Both the position numbers and the translations under genes were made by a program. Below, one piece after another: positions 55,825 through 64,000 of a stretch of DNA of 64,000 nucleotides (position 1 is its first letter; the number at the start of each line of letters is the position of its first letter). The DNA is taken from assembly GCA_964530955.1 (NCBI GenBank), contig CAZHCL010000001.1:32001-96000 (forward strand). Direction: 5' to 3'. Source of the DNA: Candidatus Woesearchaeota archaeon. Its GTDB lineage: Archaea > Nanobdellota > Nanobdellia > Pacearchaeales > GW2011-AR1. The notes under the pieces were generated by a model. The model was given only the letters and a program-made list of their open reading frames with translations, was not told the origin of the DNA and searched no databases.

Positions 55825-57462
55825 ATGGCAAATTTAATAATTGACAAAAAAGAATTTGAGAACTATATCAAGCTTAGCAGCGAGATGATTGAAAAAATAA
55901 CTATGATGGGAATACCTATTGAAGTTAGTGGCAATGATGTAAATATTGAAGTGCTTCCAAATAGACCTGACCTGCTCTCCTTGCAGGGATTGGTGAGAGC
56001 GATAAAAGCATTTATCGGAAAGGAACAAGGTTTGAAAAAATATAAAACAAAAAGTTCTGGCTATAAGTTAATAGTTGAAAAATCATTGCCTAGGGAGTGG
56101 CCCTATGCTGCGGCCTGTATAATTAAGAACCTTAAATTTGATGATGCAAAAATAAAAGAAGCAATCCAAATACAGGAAAAATTAGGCATTACATTGATGC
56201 GTAGAAGAAAAAAGGGAGGAATAGGAATATATCCTCTTGAAAGGATATCCTTCCCAGTTACTTTCAGGGGAGAAAGCCCTGATAAGATAAAATTTCAACC
56301 ATTGGAATATCCTGAAGCAATCACTGGAAGGCAGATATTATCCAAGCATCCAACGGGAAGAGAATATGCTAATATATGCAAAGATTGGAGTTCACTACCG
56401 ATATTTGTTGATTCAAAAGGAAAAATAATGTCTATGCCCCCTATAATTAACTCTAATGATCTCGGTAAGATAGATGAGACTACCAAAAATATATTTATTG
56501 AAGCAACAGGAACAGATTATAATCTCCTTAAAAAAACAATTAATATCCTTTCAACTGCTTTTGCAGAGATGGGGGGAGAAATATATACTATAGAATGTAT
56601 CCAACAGGACAAGAGGAAAGAAAGCATCCCTTCTTTTGAGTCTGAAAAAATTAAGATTAATTTAGAAAATGTGAATAATATCTTAGGAATAAACCTTCAG
56701 GAAAAAGACCTGGAGAAGTTACTTCCGAGAATGGGATATGATTATAAGAAGAATATGGTTGAAATTCCACCATGGAGAACTGATGTTTTGCACGAAGTGG
56801 ATATTATTGAAGATATAGCCATCGCATATGGCTATGATAAATTAGAACCAATAATTCCATCTATATCTACCATAGGCCAAGAAGGCAAAGAATCTAAAAT
56901 TGAAAGGAAAGTTTCAGAAATACTTACTGGTCTTGGATTGATTGAAATTTCTTCTTTCCACCTAATTAAAGAGGAAGAGGCAAAAAAAGGGAATATCAAA
57001 GAAGCTGAATTTATTGAAGTTGAAAATTCCAAGACTGATTTTAAAATATTAAGGCCTAACCTGTTAATATCTGCATATAGAGTATTTGGAGAAAACAAGG
57101 ATAATGAATATCCTCAAAAAATATTTGAGATTGGAACTGTCTTTAGAAAGGATATCGATGGAAAAAGTGAAACTGGAATAGGCGAGAGTAAAAGGTTACT
57201 TATTTCTATTTCTCCTTCTAATTTTACTGAAATAAAGCAGACTTTAGATTATCTTATGAGAATGCTTAAGATAAAATATGAACTAAAAGAAGAGGATTGT
57301 TTTGGTCTAATACCTGGAAGAACTGGCAAAATAGTAATTAACGGCAAAAAGGCTGGAATAATGGGGGAGTCTAATATTGAATCCTTGAGGGAATGGAACA
57401 TTAAAATGCCAGTCTCCCTTGTTGAGATTGATTTGGAAGAAATATATAAATTGATTCAGTAA
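55825..57462 (+). CDS. pheT: Phenylalanine--tRNA ligase beta subunit
   Basis: PNRPDLLS, SMPPIINS, PPWRTDVLHEVDIIEDIAIAYGY. Confidence 0.97.
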   Translation: MANLIIDKKEFENYIKLSSEMIEKITMMGIPIEVSGNDVNIEVLPNRPDLLSLQGLVRAIKAFIGKEQGLKKYKTKSSGYKLIVEKSLPREWPYAAACIIKNLKFDDAKIKEAIQIQEKLGITLMRRRKKGGIGIYPLERISFPVTFRGESPDKIKFQPLEYPEAITGRQILSKHPTGREYANICKDWSSLPIFVDSKGKIMSMPPIINSNDLGKIDETTKNIFIEATGTDYNLLKKTINILSTAFAEMGGEIYTIECIQQDKRKESIPSFESEKIKINLENVNNILGINLQEKDLEKLLPRMGYDYKKNMVEIPPWRTDVLHEVDIIEDIAIAYGYDKLEPIIPSISTIGQEGKESKIERKVSEILTGLGLIEISSFHLIKEEEAKKGNIKEAEFIEVENSKTDFKILRPNLLISAYRVFGENKDNEYPQKIFEIGTVFRKDIDGKSETGIGESKRLLISISPSNFTEIKQTLDYLMRMLKIKYELKEEDCFGLIPGRTGKIVINGKKAGIMGESNIESLREWNIKMPVSLVEIDLEEIYKLIQ

Positions 57463-57930
57463 CTAACCGAAATAGCTCTTTTCTTTTTTAGCTACTGCGC
57501 TAGCTGGCTTCTTTACTCCTGAGAGTATTTTTCTGAACTTTGGCTTGCATGATTCCCAGGTAGACACTATTACATTAATCATCTCTGCTTCCTTCTTCTC
57601 AGCGTAATCAATTTCCAGATCAAGAGACAATAAACTTATCTCACCAAGAGCAGAATATATTTCATCGATTACTTTTCTGTCTTCCTGAGATAATGAACGA
57701 GCATAGGAAAGATACATTCTAGGAGCATTTACCGGATTAAGAAGCATCTCAAGAAAGTTCACCGAATTTACTATTTTTTCCATCATTACCTTCCTGATTA
57801 ATCTGAGAAGACTCTCAGTCTCTCTGTCTATCTTATCAATCTCAAAATTATCACTTAGGTATTCAAAAGATTCAAGTTTGTATTTTTTTCCCAAAGGGAT
57901 ATATAATTTTTTTAATTCTGAGGGGGTCAT
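57463..57930 (-). CDS. Hypothetical helical protein
   Basis: 155-aa ORF; no motif recognised. Confidence 0.7.
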   Translation of the reverse strand: MTPSELKKLYIPLGKKYKLESFEYLSDNFEIDKIDRETESLLRLIRKVMMEKIVNSVNFLEMLLNPVNAPRMYLSYARSLSQEDRKVIDEIYSALGEISLLSLDLEIDYAEKKEAEMINVIVSTWESCKPKFRKILSGVKKPASAVAKKEKSYFG

Positions 57931-57948
57931 TCTTATTTTTTCCTTAAA

Positions 57949-58224
57949 TTATAGACCAAACATCCTCTTCCAAAAAGATTTCTTCTCTTCGGCAATTGCT
58001 CCTTCTGGTTCTACAACATCATAAGTTATTTCTGGCTTTGTTTTTAGTATCGGTGCTTCTTTGGCAAATTCGTCTTCCGCGCGCTTTACTGCCTTGTCGA
58101 CCTCAAGTTTCGAATGACCTTGATTTACAAGAGCCCATCTCAAAGATTCCTTGGTATACCCTTTCTTCAAGTTTTTTTTAACATAACCTGAAAGCTCCCC
58201 AACGTAGTCTCCCTTCTTTATCAT
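57949..58224 (-). CDS. Hypothetical protein
   Basis: 91 aa; KKGYTKESLRWALVNQG small helical domain. Confidence 0.7.
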   Translation of the reverse strand: MIKKGDYVGELSGYVKKNLKKGYTKESLRWALVNQGHSKLEVDKAVKRAEDEFAKEAPILKTKPEITYDVVEPEGAIAEEKKSFWKRMFGL

Positions 58225-58271
58225 GGGAATTTGTAGAGCAAAGCATATTTAAATTTATTTATTGGGGATTA

Positions 58272-59744
58272 CTAAGAAATAGGCACAGGTTTTTCCAGAT
58301 AAAAATGCTCTACTGCTTCATTGAGTTTTTTATTTGATTCTGAATAAAATGTAAGTAATGATTCTCCCTTCTTAACATTCTCTCCTCTATGCTTATGAAT
58401 GAATATTCCAGAACCCTTATCCACTGGACACCCAAGAATCCTTGAAAGATGATTTATCATTTTATTATCTATACTCTCTACTTTTCCGTTTTTAACCGCT
58501 TTGATGGAATAAGAGAATGGAGCAATTTTCATGGCTGCTTTTTTTCTTCCCTGTGCTTCAATTATTTCATAAAATTTCTTTAATGCTCTTTTTGATTCTA
58601 GTATTTCAAGAGCCATAGAAATTCCTTTCCCCTTGGCGGCTTTTCCAGTTAATTCAAGTATCTCTCCAGCCAGATGAACTGCCTTTCTTTCCAAATCTTT
58701 AGGACCTGCATCTCTCTTTAAAACTTTCAGAACATCAATCATCTCTAAAACTGGACCTATTCCGTTTCCTATTGGCTGACTTCCATTAGTTATTATTACT
58801 CTTAAAAATAATTTGAAATGTTTTGCTATCTTAAGAAATTTTAATTTGAGCTTTTCAGCTTCATGTCTTGTTACTTTAGCTCCAGTGCCTGCAGGAATAT
58901 CAATTAAAATATATTTGCTTCCTGCAGCCAGTTTTTTCGACATTATTGAAGCTATGAGCTGTGATTCGGGATCAAGATTGAGTATTCTTTCAACACGTAT
59001 CAATTTGTCGTCCGCAGGAGCCAATCCTAGAGAACCTCCCCAGGCAAGACATGCTCCAGTCTTAGATACTACTTTCTTTAGAGTATCAAATTCCAAATCT
59101 ACTTTAGTAAGAGTTTCAATTGTATCTGCAGTACCTGCCGCGCTTGTTATTGCTCTTGAAGAAGTTTTAGGCATTATGACTCCCGCTGCAGCGCAAATTG
59201 AAACAATTATTGGAGTAGTTCTATTTCCAGGTATCCCTCCTATTGAGTGCTTATCCGCAACTTTATACTCTTTCGGCCACTGCAAAACTTTACCTGTCTT
59301 ATACATCGCTTCTGTAAGATTAACTGTTTCTTGCATATTCATTCCATTCTCGTAAACCCCTAGTATAAAGTAAGAAATTTCTGCTTCGGTCAATGCATTG
59401 CTTGAAATGTCTTTTACTATTGAATAGATTTCACTTTTGTTTAATTCTTTTCCTTTCATTTTTTTTGAGATAAATTGCGCACTTGCTGGCTCTGGCATTT
59501 GGCTAATATCTAAAAAATCTCCAGGTTTGACTCCTAGATAAGCAGTAGTATCCTCTGACAAAGATATTTCATCTTCTTTAAGCAAGTCACGTATTGTATC
59601 TACAATGGAAATTGTTTTTTTACCTCTTCTTAAAATTTCTATTCTATCTCCTGCGTGAATATCTGACTGTTTGGCAGCGTTCTCATTGAGAAATGCAATA
59701 GGTCTGCCTGCATCAAAATTGATTTTTCTTAATTTTAGTTTCAT
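58272..59744 (-). CDS. deoA: AMP phosphorylase (thymidine phosphorylase family, archaeal long form)
   Basis: N-terminal double-psi domain; DKHSIGGIPGNRTT, KTSSRAITSAAGTAD, APADD, SIMSKK. Confidence 0.95.
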   Translation of the reverse strand: MKLKLRKINFDAGRPIAFLNENAAKQSDIHAGDRIEILRRGKKTISIVDTIRDLLKEDEISLSEDTTAYLGVKPGDFLDISQMPEPASAQFISKKMKGKELNKSEIYSIVKDISSNALTEAEISYFILGVYENGMNMQETVNLTEAMYKTGKVLQWPKEYKVADKHSIGGIPGNRTTPIIVSICAAAGVIMPKTSSRAITSAAGTADTIETLTKVDLEFDTLKKVVSKTGACLAWGGSLGLAPADDKLIRVERILNLDPESQLIASIMSKKLAAGSKYILIDIPAGTGAKVTRHEAEKLKLKFLKIAKHFKLFLRVIITNGSQPIGNGIGPVLEMIDVLKVLKRDAGPKDLERKAVHLAGEILELTGKAAKGKGISMALEILESKRALKKFYEIIEAQGRKKAAMKIAPFSYSIKAVKNGKVESIDNKMINHLSRILGCPVDKGSGIFIHKHRGENVKKGESLLTFYSESNKKLNEAVEHFYLEKPVPIS

Positions 59745-59773
59745 TTATTTGACCTTCTTTTTTATTTACAACT

Positions 59774-60802
59774 TTATGAAAACAAAGTATAAATGCTTTT
59801 GTCCCTGAAAGATTCTAGTAATGTGAGAAGATAGGCCAAGACTAAAGGCCCAATGACTATTCCGGTGACTCCAAACATGAAAATTCCTCCTAACATACCT
59901 AGCAATATGACTGCTGGAGAAACCTCTGTTCTTTTGGAAATTATATAAGAACGAATTATATTATCAACTAAAGAAACAATTAGAAGGTTATACAAGAAAT
60001 AACCTATTATCATCCCTGCGTTGTTTGTAGTTGCAATAAGATAAATTCCTACTGGAACCCAAACGAATGCTGGACCCAAAAATGGAATTATTGAGAGGAA
60101 TATGGCTATAACTGTTAGGATTAATGCACTTTTCACTCCGAATATGAAGAATCCTATACCTGCGAGCAGTCCCTGAATTACTCCTACTACAACCCATCCG
60201 TAAAGAATTGCGCCAGTCATATTCTTAAAATGATTTACCACTATTTTTTCTTTTGATTCTGACAATGGTGAAATTCCTTTTACGAACGCCTTAAGTTGTT
60301 CGGCATCTCTCATACCATAAAAGAATATGAATCCTAGAATGAAGAGGTCAAGAAGAAACTTTGGAAGATTTGTTAAAAAAGAACTAAGTGCATTTGCGGA
60401 AGCTGAGAAGGCTTTACTGGAAATATTATTAAGAGTGACTGTCATTTGGGTTACAAAATCAGACGAAGCAGTGGGGAAAAGAGTATGAACAAATTTTTGC
60501 ATGTCAATTTTCTGCACTGTTAGAAATAAATCAAAAGTTTGCTTTATCATTACCGGAGCAGCAAACCAAAGCGCTGCGAATATACACACAAGTATAAGCA
60601 TTACAAGTATAAAAGCTGCTGCGCTTTTGTTTTTGACATAATAATTTATTTTTCTATAGACTGGCATAAATATATATGCTAAAATTAGTCCTGAAATAGC
60701 AGATATGATGAATGGCTGGACAACTATAAACGCCAAAACTATAAGAACCGCTGCTAGCAGCAAAATTGATATTTTCTTTACATCCTTCTCTCCAAATTCC
60801 AT
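59774..60802 (-). CDS. AI-2E (PerM/TqsA) family transporter
   Basis: LAYIFMPVY, IPFLG, VDNIIRSYII, GIVIGP. Confidence 0.92.
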   Translation of the reverse strand: MEFGEKDVKKISILLLAAVLIVLAFIVVQPFIISAISGLILAYIFMPVYRKINYYVKNKSAAAFILVMLILVCIFAALWFAAPVMIKQTFDLFLTVQKIDMQKFVHTLFPTASSDFVTQMTVTLNNISSKAFSASANALSSFLTNLPKFLLDLFILGFIFFYGMRDAEQLKAFVKGISPLSESKEKIVVNHFKNMTGAILYGWVVVGVIQGLLAGIGFFIFGVKSALILTVIAIFLSIIPFLGPAFVWVPVGIYLIATTNNAGMIIGYFLYNLLIVSLVDNIIRSYIISKRTEVSPAVILLGMLGGIFMFGVTGIVIGPLVLAYLLTLLESFRDKSIYTLFS

Positions 60803-60899
60803 ATATCTTATTATGAACCATGATATATAAACTTTAAGTAATCTAGTCGGCTTTTCTAATAAACGCCAAATTTATAAATGAACTTTTTCTCAACTAGAG

Positions 60900-61613
60900 A
60901 TGGAAAGCTTTTTGAAAAAAATATTTACGGGAAAGAAAGATGATGAAGTCCATTCAGAGTTTATAAAATTCAGCAAGGGAGTTTTTGACAACAGATATCT
61001 TGTTGAAGGCAAAAAACAAGCTGACAGATATAGCGTAAAGACTAGTGCTGAACTGGCAAATTTCCTTGTAAGAAAATGCCTTGAAAAGGTTAATGGTAAA
61101 GTTGCCATAAAGGGAATAATTGTTTCCACACTAGATTTAAGGAAAGAAAAAGGCCAGCTTTTTGAACCGGATGAAAAAATCAAGCAATTCATGGGAATAA
61201 AGCAGCTTATTGTCAATACTACTCTTGAACCTCAAAAGGTTCTGGATGTTATGGATAAATATCCAAAAGCTTTCTTTGCCCTTTCATTTAAGACTGATAA
61301 TTTTGAGCTTAAAATAAAAGAAAAAGCTCCGAAGAGTGCCAAACCTTCCAACAAAGGAGATGCCGAGCCGAAAGCAGAGTTCTGTTCTCTTAAAACAAAA
61401 GATATGGACATCATTAGCGATTTATTTTTTGACTTTCCTATGTTCAAGGAAATAAAAATAAAACATACAATACAAATTAATGAAATAATTCTTCCTAGGG
61501 GAGAAAAAGACCCTGTAAAGATAAGGGAGCTTGCAATAAGAAAAGGAAAAATGATAAGAAAAATAATTGTTGACGGCAAAAATGCTACTGAAGAGAAAGA
61601 TTTTGAAGCTTAG
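60900..61613 (+). CDS. Conserved hypothetical protein
   Basis: 237 aa; TATA at 60871-60878; no motif recognised. Confidence 0.8.
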   Translation: MESFLKKIFTGKKDDEVHSEFIKFSKGVFDNRYLVEGKKQADRYSVKTSAELANFLVRKCLEKVNGKVAIKGIIVSTLDLRKEKGQLFEPDEKIKQFMGIKQLIVNTTLEPQKVLDVMDKYPKAFFALSFKTDNFELKIKEKAPKSAKPSNKGDAEPKAEFCSLKTKDMDIISDLFFDFPMFKEIKIKHTIQINEIILPRGEKDPVKIRELAIRKGKMIRKIIVDGKNATEEKDFEA

Positions 61614-61624
61614 AGTAAAGCTAA

Positions 61625-62179
61625 CTAAAATTCCAAGCCCTTTCTGGCTAAAATACCTAGGTCATAGGGATGTTTGACCTTTTTTATTTCTGTGACCAAA
61701 TTTGCAACTGCGAAAACTTTTTCGAGAGGCTTGTGCGAACCAGTAAGAATAAGCTCCTTGTATTTTGGCTTGTTTTTTATTAACTCGATTATCTGTTCTT
61801 CATTTAAAAGACCTAACTGCACTGCATAGAGTATTTCATCAGCGATTATTATATCATAATCTGGATTGTTAAGAGATTCAATTACATGCTTTAGTGCAAT
61901 TTCTACATTTTCTTTATGCACTAATTCGTTCTTTCCCTTAACATACCAATCGCCTACTCCAAATCTTTTATAAGAAAAGTTTTCAAATTTTTCCAATGCT
62001 TTTATTTCACCAGGTATCTGCTGGTCTAACGTACTCGCTCCATTCTTCATGAATTGAACTAGATGAACTGAATATCCATTTCCACAGGCGCGCAGAGCAG
62101 TGCCAAGAGCTGAAGTGGTCTTGCCCTTTCCATTCCCCCAAAATACCTGAACAAAGCCTAGTGATGATTTATCAGACAT
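61625..62179 (-). CDS. cobO: Cob(I)alamin adenosyltransferase (CobA/CobO/BtuR family)
   Basis: GNGKGKTTSALG, VQFMK, DEI, ELILTG, KHPY...ARKGLEF. Confidence 0.93.
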   Translation of the reverse strand: MSDKSSLGFVQVFWGNGKGKTTSALGTALRACGNGYSVHLVQFMKNGASTLDQQIPGEIKALEKFENFSYKRFGVGDWYVKGKNELVHKENVEIALKHVIESLNNPDYDIIIADEILYAVQLGLLNEEQIIELIKNKPKYKELILTGSHKPLEKVFAVANLVTEIKKVKHPYDLGILARKGLEF

Positions 62180-62320
62180 TAGAATAAATGCACTTTGTAA
62201 TATATAAAGATAAATGAAATACAGTTAAATAATAAAAAAGATAGCCTCTACGTGTATATACATATCAATATGATAAGAATATGTTTAAATACTTATTTAT
62301 ACGTATAGTCATTGATTAAA

Positions 62321-62488
62321 ATGAAAAGAAAGGAAAAGGACAAGCTTACGATTCTAGTTGATAAGGATATAAAAGAAAGTTACAAACAACATTGTGATAC
62401 TCATGGGTTGATTATGGGAAAGCAGATTGAATTGTTCATGGAAAATGAGCTGAAGAGAAAAGAAGAGAGGAAAAATGATAAGAAGTAA
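62321..62488 (+). CDS. Ribbon-helix-helix (CopG/Arc-like) protein, 55 aa, below ORF-track cutoff
   Basis: MKRKEKDKLTILVDKDIKESYKQHCDTHGLIMGKQIELFMENEL...; same pattern as 14011-14238; overlaps the next ORF. Confidence 0.75.
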   Translation: MKRKEKDKLTILVDKDIKESYKQHCDTHGLIMGKQIELFMENELKRKEERKNDKK

Positions 62489-63236
62489 GAGAGCCCAAAT
62501 AGGAATATGGGTGATAATTGCAATATGTATTGTTGGAGTAATGGCTTTGCTGTTTTTTTTGAGCAAAAAACCTACCATACTTCCTCAAAACGAATTTAAT
62601 GCACAGAGTTCAATTGAAAAATGTGTTAGGGATTCAATAGGCGAAGCAGTTGAAAAAATGATTCCTCAGGGAGGATTGATTCTTACTGGAGATTATAAAA
62701 GTTATATGAATATTAATGTGACTTATCTATGTGAGTATAAAGGTTACTTCAAACCGTGCATATCTCAGCACCCTATGTTGGTGAATGAAGAAATAAAACA
62801 AATACATGACTATATTTATCCGAAAATTGACCTTTGTTTCTCAAATGCAAGAGACGAACTTCAAAAGAGAAATTATGATGTGTCTCTTGACCCTAATATG
62901 GAAATAAATATTTCTCTTGGTTCTGGAAACGTTTATTCTTTTATTCAAAGAAAAATGAGTGTTTCTAAAAATAATCAGACAGAATCTTTCAATAAATTTA
63001 ATATTGAATTTGCTAGCCCAATATATGACCTGACAAATGTTGCAGTGGACATAGCAAGTCAGGAAGCAAAATACTGCTATTTTGAATATGTGGGATATAA
63101 CCTTCTTTATCCTAGATTTGATATTAGCAAATTTACTTTTTCTGATTCAACAAAGATATATATCATAAAGGATAACTATTCTAATAAAGTAATGAATATT
63201 GCAGTAAGAGGCTGCGCAATTCCTCCGGGAATATAA
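62475..63236 (+). CDS. Class III signal-peptide surface protein
   Basis: MIRSKRAQ|IGIWVIIAICIVGVMALLF; paired Cys in the ectodomain. Confidence 0.8.
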   Translation: MIRSKRAQIGIWVIIAICIVGVMALLFFLSKKPTILPQNEFNAQSSIEKCVRDSIGEAVEKMIPQGGLILTGDYKSYMNINVTYLCEYKGYFKPCISQHPMLVNEEIKQIHDYIYPKIDLCFSNARDELQKRNYDVSLDPNMEINISLGSGNVYSFIQRKMSVSKNNQTESFNKFNIEFASPIYDLTNVAVDIASQEAKYCYFEYVGYNLLYPRFDISKFTFSDSTKIYIIKDNYSNKVMNIAVRGCAIPPGI

Positions 63237-63239
63237 AAG

Positions 63240-64000
63240 ATGGTGAAAAAAATAAATAAAACGATCTATGGTGCGGTTATATTTCAAATAGCATTAATGA
63301 TGGGAATGACTGTGTCATTTTCATATATTCTTAATGAAGCTTCAAATACTGGAGCAACTGTAGGTAATTCCAATCAAAATGGGATTCAAAAAGTTCTTCT
63401 GCATGCACTTTGGATTCTTGACAAAATAGTTTTTAATCAGAATAACTTTGCTTCTGCTCTTTCACAGAGTGATTTGAAGCAGTGATGCTATACCTGACAT
63501 ATTGATAAAAATGGATCAATATGTCAAGAATATCCTGCAAGTGATTGTGCTGGGCAATGTTCTGTTAGTTGTTTGCCTACTGCTGCTGACCAAACTTCTG
63601 TCTGCAAAGTGGGAACATGCTACGATCCTGTTCAGGGAACATGTCAAACAGGAGCTCCTCAGGAAGCATGCCAGCAGAATGGAGGAAAGTGGTTTAATGA
63701 CCCCTATGGAAATGTTGCACAATGCATGCCTGGATGCTGCCTACTTGGAAATAGTGCTTACTTTCTGACTTCACAGCAATGCGCTAGAAATGCAAATGCC
63801 ACGGGATTAAAAAGTGATTTTAGACCTGAAGTAAACACTGAAATTGGATGTCTTGCTCTTTCACAGACTCAGGAGCAGGGAGCATGTGTATTTGAAGACA
63901 ATACTGGATTACAAAATACTTGTAAATTTACGAGTAAACTTAATTGCCAGCAGGATTTGAAAGGAAAATTTTATTCTGGACTATTATGTTCAAATTCTGC
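63240..64000 (+). pseudogene. Cys-rich secreted/surface protein interrupted by two in-frame TGA codons (pseudogene, sequencing error or recoding); 3' end outside the window
   Basis: One frame reads ...SQSDLKQ*CYT*HIDKNGSICQEYPASDC...GCCLLG...GACVFE...CSNS and is open to position 64000. Confidence 0.6.

Noticed and set aside
58813-59355. 180-aa plus-strand ORF inside AMP phosphorylase
   Set aside because: Antisense shadow of a well-conserved gene
63502-63768. 88-aa plus-strand ORF from the track, and the antisense ORF 63516-63722
   Set aside because: Alternative frames; the Cys-patterned frame continuous with 63240 is the credible coding frame
1-64000. Genome-wide UGA reassignment (genetic code 4 or 25)
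   Set aside because: tuf, nreA, ogg, the NUDIX at 41916 and the PIN pair end in TGA at expected positions; Trp is encoded by TGG; aRF1 is canonical

Overview
AT-rich archaeal chromosome segment, translated with the standard code (TGA ends several housekeeping genes). The gene set (TBP, aIF2-beta/gamma, aIF5B, aEF1-alpha, aRF1, MCM, Rpo7/Spt4, deoxyhypusine synthase, AMP phosphorylase, almost no biosynthesis, class III signal-peptide surface proteins) indicates a genome-reduced DPANN archaeon. Ca. Pacearchaeota/Woesearchaeota is my inference and needs a phylogeny. Most of the window is information-processing core: five aminoacyl-tRNA synthetase genes (metG, valS, serS, pheS, pheT), translation factors, repair genes and three tRNAs (Leu-CAA, Asn-GTT, Trp-CCA). 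No CRISPR array, rRNA, transposase or integrase was seen. Most notable observations: (1) tRNA-Asn with two BHB-type introns, one canonical and one in the D-loop at 15/16; (2) a GC-rich two-hairpin RNA candidate at 45.1 kb with strand-specific G-U pairs and its own TATA box; (3) a 4x-repeat plus PD-(D/E)XK nuclease gene whose stop codon lies inside tRNA-Trp and which appears to supply that tRNA's promoter; (4) a Cys-rich surface-protein ORF with two in-frame TGA codons four codons apart in an otherwise open frame; (5) an acylphosphatase-UppS fusion; (6) a stand-alone N2 domain of a pilus ATPase; (7) TATA boxes starting exactly 29 nt before many start codons, implying leaderless mRNAs. All calls come from reading motifs by eye; no database searches or folding programs were run.
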